In this document: positions 11,828-24,993 of the stretch, piece after piece
How the letters are laid out: each line of letters opens with the position of its first letter
Numbering within the stretch: position 1 is the stretch's first letter
From: Daphnia carinata
Lineage: Eukaryota
DNA length: 64,000 bases
Direction: 5' to 3'
NCBI RefSeq assembly: GCF_022539665.2
Contig: NC_081333.1
Span: forward strand, 7,378,001 to 7,442,000
The notes under the pieces: generated by a model
Databases searched by the model: none
What the model saw: the letters and a program-made list of their open reading frames with translations, nothing else
What the model was told of the DNA's origin: nothing
Made by a program: the position numbers and the translations under genes

Positions 11828-14800
11828 ATCTGTAATGAAAAACGAAGCGGCCAACACCACGGAACACAAACGCCACTACGAGAAACCGCACCCAAACGGG
11901 GAACTTCTTTTCTTCTGAATTTTTCTTTTTCTTTTCTTCTTTTTTTTTTATCGGGACGCTATTTGAGCAAACGACACTTTTAACACGAATGCTGCTGATG
12001 ATTGACGCCTAGCCGCGAAACATTCAGCTGCACTACGGAAGAGAAAAGAGCGCGCACCGGTGATGATGCTCGACAGGCGTGAAATGGGCCGCGAATGATG
12101 AAGACGCCACCGAGCGGTTTGTACTTGAACGGCTTCATCTTCCCGCCATACGGAAGAGCATCGGGCTGAATGGAGACTGAAAAAATAATCAGTGCTGCAG
12201 CCGCCGCTGCTGCCGCTTTGGCCACAACCGGTGAACGCCTCACAGGTCCTTGGGACCGCCGCCGTTGCCGCCGCAGCTCTTTTTTGGCTCCTCCTGCCAC
12301 CGCTCCTCCTCGCTTCTGCTGATGATAATGACGACAATGATGAAGAACAGATCAGATGGCGTCGCATCACCATCGCGCCATCATCGTTTCCTGCAAAAAG
12401 AAAGAACAAATTTCAACCCCCCAACAAAAAAAAAAAAAAAAAAAATGCGTTGGAGCGTTAGTTGAGGATTGAAATAAACTCAAATGAAAAAAAGCTGGCA
12501 ATGTCGCCCCATCGTGAATCATGAAGGACCTATTACTATATTTAAACATTGTGATTTGTTTTGACGTGAGATGAGTCCTACAAAGTTGCACTCCAGTTTG
12601 GAGTTAAATGAACAGACATGCGACTGTCGTAATCATAAAAGTCTTCTCCTGTTGTCTATTCCTTTTGTTTTTGTTCCTTTTCTTCTAACTGATTTTTGAA
12701 CGGGCGGTTTGTCTGTCATGTGATTTAAAAAAAAAAAAAAAAAAAAAGAAAAGAAGGAAAAAGGCTTCCGTCCGTTAGGGAAGTTGGGATAGGAGACATG
12801 AGAACACATTAGCGTCGGGACATGAACTATTATCGCTCAGGACTCACCTCATCTCCGGAGAGTTAGCAAGTATATAGAGTCGAGCTTACGTCTATACGTA
12901 ACGGGTCGAGAATCTCACCTACGCACCAAGTGTCACAGAACTATGTTGAATAGCGCATACTGGAGGAAAGAAAAATTTTAAAAGAAATAGAGAACGGATG
13001 AGGCAGGATGGAAGCAGGTTTCCGGCTCCCGCTTTTATATTTATACGAATTTCTTTTCGTGCATTTTTTTTGTTTTTGTTTTTGTTTTTGTTTTTCAAGT
13101 TCAATCGTTTTTTATTTATTTATTTACTTATTCTTTTTATCCGGCGGCGCCACTGTCTGCTGAGAGACGTCACGGTTCTTTGAGGTGTTAACAGACGCGA
13201 AAGATTTTGAAATATCCGCGCGAGCGGTCCCATTTCATTTGTATATATATTTTTTAATAGGAAAGAAAAAGATAAACTTGTGGGTTTTCTTGGAAGTAAG
13301 AGTTTCTTTTTTTTTTTTTTTTTTTTTGTTTTGTTTTACTTTTTATTTTTTTCTTTCGCCGATTGAGTGGATAGTTCTATGTCTGGCCTTGCTGGCGAAA
13401 TTGGACGGCGGACGTGTTGATCTGCGGGCGGCCGCCCCTTTGCTACACGGCCAAATAACAGCCATCACTTATGTTATTTTTATCAATTTTCCCTGTCTCA
13501 CTCTATTCCTATCTATTTTAGCCTATCGTCTCGTTCCGCTTTGCCGACTTGGCTCAAATCGTGTCTCCAATGCCCCTCTGCGTTCAAACTATATCATTCG
13601 AGTTGGGAAGGTATATTGTTTTACGTTTCAGTCTTTTCTCGTCCGAGGTGGTCAAAACAAATAGACGAAACGTGGAAAAACAGGATAGAAACACGAAACG
13701 CTTATTATTATTATTTCCGTTTGCGTCCGTTTCATCGTCCCTTGTTTATACCGAACTGGCGGTTCATCAGAATCGAAAACAACAACTCAAAGACGTGGTT
13801 AACATCATTTCTCTCCCTCCCCCCCCACCAAAAGAATACGAAACAAGCCGATATCTATACACGTAAACGTTATGAACTGTATTTGAACTGATGTTTTGCG
13901 ATTGGTTGACGTGACAACACCTTGTGGCGCGCGTTCCCACCTCTTTGTTACGTTTCGTGTTCGTGACACGATATCACGAACGAGTCAAGATTCCGTTCGC
14001 AGCGGAAATGATGCTGTTGCAGCATGCCCAGTGCCAACGCACGCAAACGAGCCGTCTACGCAATATCGGTCATCCCGTCCCGTTTGGCTGGCCGTCTCCG
14101 GCCTGCGTATCGCCTGATCAGAGGCTCCAATTGCAAGACGAAAGAGATCGACCGATGGGCACGATATTGGGGTTTGGATTTTCATGGTAGTTTGGTATAC
14201 ATCGATCGCACGAACACGCAAGTTTCGCCTTGTGTTTTAGGTGTCGCATCCGGCGATTCTTCCAAGAAAGTTGTTTTTGGGTTTGTGTGTATTCACGTGA
14301 AACAAACAAATAAATAATAAAAAAAAAAAAGGGGGCAGCGCTGGAAAAATAATGGAAGCAATAAGGATTAACAGGAGACACTATCGGATACTTCCTCCGG
14401 CATCTTCGCCATTCATTCCGCGCTCTGTTATTCAATGCGGGCAGCGAAAAAAACAAAACAAAACAAAACACGTGTGACCCGTGTCACGATAGTGCGATCA
14501 CCGGTCTCGCACGAACTTCCTCGCGCACTGATAGCCAAACGAATGTGAGGTGCAAATACGAGCAAAGCCAAAGGATGAGAAGAAGAATACCTCCTCATCC
14601 GGAAACGAGCGATCCCCCCCCCCTCCCACATCTGGTCGATTTCCATACTGACTTGAGTTCAGCTTCTCCATTTTCGATTGTCGAGTTGTCTCTCATCGCA
14701 TGTTGACCAAACAAAAATCTGCGGTGCAAAATTTCAGTTGAAATGCGTGTCTCTCTTTCTACTTCTACCGAGTACACATTTAAATCTTATCGTTCCATTG

Positions 14801-15856
14801 CTCATTGAATTGTAGCTATCATTCTCTTTCTCTCTCTCTCCAACTGATTAGTTTACACGCTCATGGGTCTGTCAACTTCTCGTATGAGACCGAATCAAAA
14901 GAAGAGAAGAGTGAGCTGGTTAATTTCAATGACAATATATCGAGTAGGGGGAACGATGTGACGCCATGTTCTAAGCAAATCACCTATGGAGCTATTGTCT
15001 GGCATTTTCCACAACACTTTTCTTCGTCATTTAACGCAAATGAAAACCTTTTGCATCCCACGGTTTTTTTTTTCTCTTTGTCTCTTTCGCATTTTGAGCT
15101 GTGGCTGCTGCTGCTACTGAGTGGTGTAACGTCGCCATGACAACCTCCCACGGTCATATCGATTAGAATTACTCGTCCGCTTCGTTCCCCTCTGTCCCCC
15201 TCCACTTTCATTTTATTGCTTTTTCTTTTTTATTCTTTGGTTGTATACGCTCTTCATGTAAATGATGATTAGGTTGAAAAAAAAAATAATAAATAGAAAG
15301 TATAGCGGTTGGTGTGTGAAGGGGAGTCCACACACGCGGCTGCACTTGATGGATGACTGAGCCCGAAAGTCCTCAACAGAACGCCCCATTTTTTTATTTT
15401 CGTTTTCCCTTTGTTTCTTTTTTGAGTGTTAGCCTAGATAGGAAAAGGATTGTCGAGTATAGTTGTCCATCAGAGTTGTTAAATGGACGCCGAATCATCA
15501 AAGGGAGGCAAAATTTCAATTATTATTCCTTCCCCGCGCAATTTGTTTGGTTTCATTCGTGAGAATAACATTCAAATCAAAAATCAAACAAACGATTTTC
15601 GCATTGAATTGACGCCAATTTCATGTAAACCGATTTTTTGATTGGTTTAGTTTGCGCGGAAATGTGTCGTGTCGGGGGAAAAAAAAAGCGTTGGGTTACG
15701 AAAGTTGGTGGTGAATGAACGACTGCGAAGGGGGGGGGGGGTGAACCGTGCTTTCTTGGAACGGGGGAGGGCGTGTAGCAAGAAGCTTCAAGCGGAAAGT
15801 TTTCTGAACGTTCATTAACCGATGTGAGCTTAGTATATGGCAAAGGATGAGTGAAC

Positions 15857-15879
15857 GAGAGAGAGAGAGAGAGAGAGAG
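15857..15879. repeat. (GA)n microsatellite
   Basis: Direct read, about 11 units. Confidence 0.9.
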
Positions 15880-18800
15880 GGGGGAGGGGGGTTTGTGAGT
15901 AGAGAAATAGACGCCACTATTTCAGGTATGCGGGAGAAGGGCAGACTCGGGTGGAGCGTTATTCAAATGAGGCGCGACAAGACGACACCACACGCGTGCA
16001 CGCTCCTCCCTGCCAAAAAGGCAAAAAAAAAAAAAAAGAAAAAGGGAAAAGAAACGAGAGAACGGCACACTCACACACACACACACATATACGAGGAGTC
16101 AACGAGACTGAACCGTACTGGGTAATGGTTTTTCGCCCTAAGCGGCTAATGAGCTGCCCTGACATTCCCTCTCTCATTCTGCCCGTCTGTCTCCTGATGT
16201 GTTGCTAGCGATCTTCCTCCTTCTTTTCCGTTTCGTCTTTGGCCGTGTTGTTTTGTTCCCCTCAGACACGCGCTTGCCTCCCACAGGCCGCCCATGTGAG
16301 CAAGAGAGTCATACTGAATTCCAGACGATTTGCTCGGTCATATACTGGAACACGACAACAACAGCAAGCCAAGAATGGAACAAACGACAAAATAAACGTG
16401 AAAAATTAAAAGAATTCAAGTCACATTTCGAAATGGCACTGAAACGTCGCTCGTTTTTCACTTTGAACGCTGTACCCTTTTTGTTTTGAAGTAAATGGGC
16501 AGCAAATAGATTCGTGGTTTGTTTGATATACCTCCCGAAGAGAAACAACATGAGTTAAAAAAAAAAAAAAATCAAATAGCCTACATACGCCTTTCTTTTT
16601 TCATTTTAACCATTCCAGAAACTGAAAAACAAAATACTACCGACCGGCCAAACGCGTATCGGCAGCAGCTGTGTGTCGTTGCATAACACGGGGCCATAAA
16701 TCCGCCAAGACACACGAGAACCCATAACCTTCAACACCCACAGTCCGTCCACACAGACGTACAGCTATTACACGCATCACCTCATCTCGTTGGGTTTCGA
16801 GTCAATTTTGACTTCACGTGAACATTATTTTTCATTTTCAATCATTTCCTTTTCGTAAAATAAAAAGAAATAAGCATGAAATCGTTTACCTGTTGGTGAT
16901 TACTTGGGTTCTTCTTTCAAACGCAGATGTTTTCAATAATCCACTTGTGTTTATAAGCGATCGTTGCCAGTTCCACTGGATCACGCACTCGACAATATTC
17001 TCACGCCGGCGGATTCAAACCGTGCTATTATGTTTCGCACTCGTATACAACGTGGTCCATCTGTAGCACGTAACAGAAAATGTGTTTTTGCAATGCACGC
17101 AGAGATGAAAAAAAACAATTACAAACACGGAGTGTACAGTTTCTCTGTCGTTCTACCGGACTCGCTTCCTTCCTTTACTTCTATATGGTTCGTGCACGGC
17201 TGCTCGGTGCCGACTGACGTGATGACGCTCCGGCAATCGACGCTTGACTGTATGTGGCCGGCGAGCCGAGCACGAGAGTGAGAGAGAGAGTGTGCCAGAG
17301 GAAGGCGGAGGCAAATGGTGCAGGGGTTGGGTAGTGGGGTAGTATCGTGGTAATAGTAGCATGCTATAGTAGTAAACCAACGGTGTAGGTATATTTAAAA
17401 AGAAACGGTGCAAACGAAAAGGGGGGGGGGGGGGCATACATCTTCGTGTTGTTGGCCGTTTGTTTTTCAGTCAGTAAATCGACGACATTATTAGATAGCT
17501 CTCGCTTAAGGGAGACATACAAGCGTTTTCGTTCCAGACAAATGCGATGTTTTTTCAAACGTAATCCTCAATAGTCTTTTTTTTTTCTTTATTAAGTTCA
17601 GTAAGTGGTGACTTTGTTGAGTCAACAGAAGCTCAACTGCTGCAAAGGCTACCCCCGAATGCAGGAGGAATCGAACCCGTTCTTAAAATAGTGGGCGGCA
17701 AAGCCAATATGCATTAGTCGAGTCATTTATTATTCGCTGAAAAAATAAAAAGGCCGGTCACGTCAAAGTACTTAAAGGAAGTGCATACAGTATAAATTTG
17801 AATGGTCCTATCGACGTTATTTTTGAAAAGGACATTGGGACAGTCACTCATTTATTTTATTTTTTTCGTTCAGAGTGGATAGTCATTGACCTTTTCGTCT
17901 TCTTATCTGCCCTAATGAATTGGATGGTCGCGGTGCTTGTTGTACATAGGAGAAAAGATATCACGTGACCATTGCGCGCACTCGCCATTCGTTTCGGACA
18001 CCTTATCGTTTACACCGTCACACGTACAATTGTATACCAGAGTAGTGTGTGTGCGTATTATAATGACTCTCTGTTTTATGAGGCGTGTGTCAAATGCACG
18101 AACTGCCGTGACGTCAGCCGTTGCTGCACGTATCGATTTTAATTTTTTGATGGGTGCAGATCGAACCCGATCGAACTTCATGCACAGACAACAGCGAAAA
18201 TCTTCAACAGTCGGATTAAAAAGAAAAAAGAAAAGAGAAATATGGGACGACTCTTTAATTAGAAATCTTTTGTTGTCTCGATTTCTGTTGGTTATCAGCT
18301 CGTCTGTCGCACAACTTCTGAAGTGGGTTTATTCCGTGGACTACGTGAGAGACGTGAAGATAGAAATACGAACTCAGTTTTCGGGTAGAGTGACAACAAC
18401 GGGACGTTAGATGTGAAATGATGAAACAAAGTTAACAGTAAACCCTCTCGCCGTTCCCCGTTACTTTTGTTTTTGATGATAAGGTTTGTCCACTTCCGAC
18501 AGATTTCACTTATCTCTCCGGAGATGTATATATGTACTCGAGAAGTTCCAGTTACAAAAGCGGTAAAAAACGCTATTTCATCTTCTGTTTGTTTTGTTTG
18601 TTTTTTTTTCTTCTTGGAAGGAAAAATGGCAGACTCATCCGGAAGTCTTTTAAAATTGATTTTCAGAAACGCGTGGAAAACAAAACATTTGTAACAATTA
18701 TTTTTCGAAGGGGAAACGGAACTAGAATTTTAAAAAGAAATCCGTCCGGAAAACAGGAAGGAATTCGCTCGCTGTGAAACGATTTGTTCCTGAACCAGGT

Positions 18801-20749
18801 GTTTCTGGGTCCGAGTTCCGACGGTCCATTTCACTGTCGGATGAGACGCGTGCCCATAAGTATCCAAAGAGGGAAGGGAAAGTTGATTGTAGGCTTGAAA
18901 CGGACAGTGAGGGTAGCAGAAGGGCGGATGTTCCATTTTTATTTTCTTTGTCTGATCCAGCATCACTTCCGCTACCAATTCTGTCGTATTCCGCTTATAC
19001 GCTTTGTCCCGTTTCTACACGCTATATCCGTACCAAGAAACTACTTCCGTTTTTGATTAGATCCGCACTACTTTTTTTTTCTTTCCATCGGATAATCGAT
19101 TACGAGAAATGAGTGTGTGTAACGTTGTCATCTTTTGAATCGGAAGGAGTTAAAAAAAAAAAAAAAGGAACTGCTCCGACAAAGAAGCGGAAAATTAAGT
19201 CACATCATTTATCTCAACAGGATATGCAATAAACGAGCATACACTGCAATGGGAAACTATCTCGCTCTTCTGATGAAATCATCACCTGGAGTCTTTTATC
19301 CTTGTTTGTTCTACCGTCAAATGACGGTTACACAGGCCTATAAAGATAGGGCATAGAAGAAGAGCCAAATGCATATGCATATGTTTACCTTTTTGTTGGG
19401 AAAGAGAGTGGGGGCGGCTGGTAGTTTTGGGACCGCGAAATTGGTTCATGCTGGTTAGAGTTCCAGCACTTTTCGGAAATGTGAACAAAATAGGCAGGAC
19501 AGGTAAGACAGACCTGAAATTTGACAGTGTGGTGGGGATGAGGTTAATCATGTGGGCAGGTGACAACTAGTCGTCTAGCATTCGTTGTTGTTTGTACCCG
19601 AATCGTTTCTTTTTTTTTTTTCAAACTTTCTCTGTACAACTGTTGAGGTTCAGGGTTTTTAGGCCTAAATGAGTCCTGTTTGTTGGCTTCACATGTACAC
19701 CTGAGGGTTTTACGGGTGAAAGGGTCAAATCGATCCAAAACGGGGAGGTACAATTGACAGAGCCACAACGTTTTACTACCATTCGAAACCCTCTGTAAAC
19801 GTCTATTGACGTTTGCAAAATAATTCTTCTTTTGTAAGAGACGAACGCGTCTTTGGCACCGATGTAACTTGAGCCGAATAGCAAAAAGTCTTGATGTCTA
19901 AGACGGGCGCCATACAAGTTTTGAAGAAGCCGTCATTGTGGTATTACTACGATTAATCCCGTTGAAACACTTGAAAGCGATGGTGCGTGTATATGTGTGT
20001 TTGATACATATAGATTTTTCCCGAACCATATTATTTTTTTCCCCTTCTACTTTTTCTTTTTTTAACGCGAGGGGAGTACGGAGTCCGACCCACCTGGCAG
20101 CGGCCGGCACACGCTGACCACATGTTTCCTCCATAAAGCAGGTGCGCCACTCTCTCTTTTTTGCTCCCCACGCTCGAAAAAAAAAAAGAATACAATTTTT
20201 TGATACATTTCCACCAACCCTCGTGAGTGCATTGGTAAGGTGAACGGTTTCTGCATTAACCTAACCAATGGACAGGTGTGGGCATATCAAGAGCACGAAA
20301 AGGGAGGCATGAAACGAACTGCTACCTACTGAAGGATTAATCCGTCGAATTATGAAGTTCTGCTCGGCATCCGGTTTTAATTGAACGCGCTCCCCATAAC
20401 CACGAAGGGGAACAAAAAACAAAAAAAAAAACATTTCACTGTCAAAGGGGTCGTTTTGTTAGGAATGGGAGACACCGTGATAATCCGATCACCTTTCATT
20501 TCGTTTTATTTTTCCATCCACAACCGTGAAAAAAAAATACTACTGTGCTATTCCCTGACGACACGCGACCCAACATTTGTATTTATCGTAGTCGTCACGA
20601 TGAATTATAATCTATAAGATACGGTTAAGACAAAATGTGAAAGAACGGTTGGGAAAAAGTGGACGGAATATGTAATTCAGACTGTCAAACAGGCGTGAAA
20701 AAATGCTCACATAGTTGCATCACTCAGATCATTTTTAAAGGAGGTAATT

Positions 20750-21358
20750 TCAAAAATGCAACCAATTGGAAGCATAGGCTGCTACAGAGACAAGGATCAT
20801 CATCATGGCTGATATTGCGGGCTTCCCCACAGAATTGCAGAACTGGTCGAAATCACAGAAACAGAATGTTGTGTTGTCATAGTAGTTCCTACAGGAAAAC
20901 AACAGAAATAAAAAATGTTGCTTGAAAATTTCTGAAGATGCCTTACCTCTTGATGTCTAGCTCATCAATGTCATTGAAAACATACTGGGCTAGCCTGACA
21001 TCTCTGGCTGCAGGACGGCACCCTTCGTAAATATCTGCAGGAATGTCTCTCCGGATACCCTGGATGGAACTAAGACAATCACGTGTGATGATTTCTTCTG
21101 CACCTTTCCTTTCTACGATTTTGACGCATTTGTCATTGGGGTCTGGGCAGGTGTATGACCAATGCCACCTCCAGTCAAAATCCTTTCCACAGCCAGGGTG
21201 TGTGCTGACACATTTGTAACACCATAGTCCCAAACCTTGAGCTTGAACTGGCAAAGTGCAATTTTTAAAATAGCAATATTTTGAGTACCATAAAAAGATT
21301 TCAACTTACATGTGGATAAACCAATTACAAGGCAATATAAAAGAAATACAACACGCAT
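20750..21358 (-). CDS. crim: Ly6/uPAR three-finger GPI-anchored protein, crimpled-like, 162 aa
   Basis: Exons 21310-21358, 20947-21247 and 20750-20888 (489 nt). Signal peptide, LWCYKCVSTHPGC...CVKIVERKGAEEIITRDCLS...DIPADIYEGCRPAA...TFCFCDFDQFCN, then a hydrophobic GPI-type tail. Close to the Drosophila crimpled sequence as I remember it. Confidence 0.85.
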
Positions 21359-21435
21359 TTTAATAAAACGAATATGTTAAGAAAACTTGAAAACAAAACG
21401 TTAAAAAAACATGAATTGGGCGTCGACAAAAAACA

Positions 21436-21450
21436 CACCATCTAGTGGCA
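21436..21450 (-). promoter_or_regulatory. CTCF-like motif just upstream of crim
   Basis: The reverse complement TGCCACTAGATGGTG matches the CCACYAGRKGGY core. Confidence 0.45.
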
Positions 21451-24400
21451 AAAACTATTACCAATAGGTTCTATAGACATCTACTGTTACTCGTCAAAAT
21501 TGTAATTGACAAATTTTACGCAATAACCCAGCAATGCTTAACGTTTTACACAAAAAAGATAATTACATTAAATTTTTATTCTGTTAAGGTTAATTTATGA
21601 CAAGTTTATTTGAAGAAAGTTTTATTATACTGGCAAATATGTCTGAGACCACGCTATAGCGTCGCCTTGTAGTGGGATAGAGTACTAAGTTCTTGGCTGT
21701 CGTGAAAAAACGAAAAAGAATGAAAGGCGATGAGGCACAATCAAGTTGTTTTCTGAACCAGTGCCTCATATTGAATGTGTCTTACATAGATGACTACGGT
21801 TGTTTCAAAAGGAACTGTAATGTAAAAATATGCAAATGCTTGTGTGTGACAACTTTGCTTTGTATGCAGAAAAATACCCGTATTTCACCACGAAAGTTAA
21901 TTAATATTCCTTGTGTCCATTCTCGGGAAAAAGGATGGAGGGATAATATAATACTGGTCATTCCAGTCAGTACGAGATTCAAAGCAAAACATCGTTCTGA
22001 TGCCTCATCTACCTAGAATTGCTTTTATGTAACTATTCATTCTTTCGCCATTGTGCAACACTTGTGCCCCCTACGTTTTGATACTGCGCAGTTGGCTATT
22101 TCGCTTCGAGAACTAAAATTAACTGACATGTTTGCAAGTATTGTATGTAAAAATAATGGATGGATACGGGTAAACTTGTAACACTTTAGAGGGTTTTGAG
22201 AAATCTACCTGGCACACAGATCCCTGAGGCGGACATAGTTAAGAATTTAAAGTACGTACTGTGAAAGCTAGACAAAGGGCAAAACTTGAGCAGAGGTATA
22301 GAGTGTGGGGGATGTGAATTCCTCAAGGTACCGAAACAGAAAACGAATAGCTGGTGGATTTGTTTAATCTATTTGTTCCATCGGATTCATTTTTATCTTT
22401 GTTTTGATTTTAACAGTGGCAAAATCTTTTTTGCTAAAAGCTATTTGAAATGTATTATAATTATGAGCATCTCAGAGAATTATTAATGTGAATAGGTGGC
22501 GCTGGCCTCAATTTCGTGGGTAAACAGTAACCCCAATCTGCCGACTGAAAATCTTTCCGACAATCGTACCCTATATAGAGTTACTACCGCGTCGTTACGA
22601 AGAAGTGCTCAAGCTCATCCCCGAAAATGATGTATGACTACTAGGAAAATAACTGTGCGAGTACCAGCGAATTGCTAATTTCATCCAGATAACCTTTGAC
22701 TGACAGAACAGTCAATTAGTTCGTATGGATTCTTCAAAGCAAAGCTATACGAATTACCTGGCAACAGCCCCTTTTTGATATCTCCGATTACTAAAGGAAA
22801 GCATATTACTTTTGATTTTTGATCTTTTGGTCTAAATTTCTGTCACCTTTTTCAATCGATAATGACATGCGTACTAAACCGTCCCACAATCATCGTGATT
22901 CAGTCGAGCGAGTTATTTGTCCATGGTACTTTATTAGTTCTATGAAGGAATCCTTGTGCAAAGTTATCCTGCCTAGCTATATCGTTGTTACAGGAAACAA
23001 AATTTACCAAGAGAAATTGAGAACTTCTGAATGTGTGATAGTAACTTTGCACGAATTTACTGGCTGAAGAAAGCCATGCATTCGATATCGAGACGAATAA
23101 TTTGAATTTCGTTCACGGTTTCTGAACGGTATATCACATCATTGGTCATGGCGCGTAAAATAGAATCTTTCTTGTACCTAACATCAATTAAATTCTGCTC
23201 AGACCTGCAAATAAAAAAAAAACACTTTGTTTCTGAATCCAAAAGCATGGAGCTTTTAAGAAGGAAATAACAAATTATTTTACTCGAAATCTATTATTGC
23301 CGGTAGTAAGCGGAATATAACGGCCTTAATTGTGATCTGAATACATAATCCCCCGTTAACTACAAAGCTCCCCATAACCATTATTATCAAGTCGTAACAC
23401 ATGTAATGCACTGCCAGTTCTACAGTAGAAAGAAGCATGTTTATTTTAAATTATATATCGTCTTGTTGCTGAGTGCAAATACCAACTAAAGAGTAATTAC
23501 CTGGCTAGTTGAATTAAATAGGGCTCTATTTCATTTCGTAAAAGTGTTACTTTAAATTTAACAAACGCTGCAATAAACAAACAGGAAGCGATTTTTTTCC
23601 TCTGAATATTGCAGCGTTCACGAACTCCCGTAAGCAAAAATGATGCGACAACGTGGGACGCAACCTGAATTTCAACTTCGACAGCCCGCCAAGAGATGGA
23701 AAGCGCATAATAAAGCAGTTATCGCTGCTGCCAACTAACGACAACAACATGAAACATATAATGAAAAAATAGTTTAGAATAAATTTTATCTGTGCTTTGT
23801 CACCTTTTCGACCACTTTATGCTAACTTAAGTTTTTTTTTTCTGGATTACGGTGGTACAGAGAACTAGTATGAACAATCTAACGTGAAAACTCTTTTTGA
23901 CAAAGACTCAAGCATAATGCGTGAACTGTCACCACAAATAGGAATTCACTCGTGTATCGTATGACATGTATAAACCACACACGAGTGTCACAACACTTGG
24001 ACGTTCTGGTAAACATTATACTTAGTATGGTTTCTGTGAAGGAGCCAGAACAAATGTCTATTCCTGCCAGTTGAAAATTGGTTAGGTATACAGGCTCACG
24101 AGATCTTAATGGCAGCCATAAACAGGAAAGACGAATTGCAATAAATCACTTATAAAACCAGTTTAGTTTATTATAAAGCGGATATTGCTGATTTCTCACG
24201 AGATAATCACATAGTACACCATAAACGTGGTTCTGATATGACGATACGAGTCTTTACGTGTTGAATATCGCTGACAAAAGCTTTTTTGGTTATGTAAAAT
24301 CTCTACCCCATTAAGACATCATTACAAATAGATAGTACAATGAAACAACGAAAGAATTAAACTCGTAACATTCGTAGGCTAAGTTTTACAAGATCGAAAA

Positions 24401-24993
24401 ATTTTATTGCAATTTGGGAATTCTTCTTTTCAGTGAATCGGACGCAGTGCTAAAAACGTGGTCCAGACAGGAAAGGGAAGGGAAAAATGGACAGAAAAGA
24501 GGGGTAAAAATGCCCGCGAAAAAATGTTTCAACGGCTTTTCCATCGATTTTCGTGATCGATTGTTAAACTACCTTGCCTTCTGTAACGTCCGGTTTTATT
24601 TCAGAATTTCCATTGATGGTTCAAGTAGAACAACCTATTCCTGGTGTTAGTTTTGAAAATTTCTTTTGATAGTTATAACCCATCGTTTTTTAATTGATCG
24701 AAGGCCTTGTTCTTTTTCTCATGCTACAGCTCAATGGCGAGTAAATCGATTGGTAAGCCTGATGCGACTTTAGCGCCGCCAGTTGTTGGCGTCCACAACC
24801 TAAAAAATACCCGGCATTTCGAGATCGAACGTGTATACAGCGAGTCCCTTCCATTCGTGCAGCGCCTTCCGTCAGACTAACAAGTGTGCAGACCACTAGT
24901 AACACGGGCTGACTAAGTTCTCCTACACACTGAAATTTGAACACTTTTTTTAAATCTCTACTTTAACAGCAAGCAGTGTATTTGTAATCTAAA

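Noticed and set aside
17640..17690. B-box-like GGGTTCGATTCC on the minus strand, suggesting a tRNA or SINE
   Set aside because: I could not fold a cloverleaf, acceptor stem or A-box around it.
8000..20600. Many 60-160 aa ORFs rich in F, K and CV
   Set aside because: They arise from poly(A/T) runs and dinucleotide repeats in intronic or intergenic DNA and have no domain signatures.
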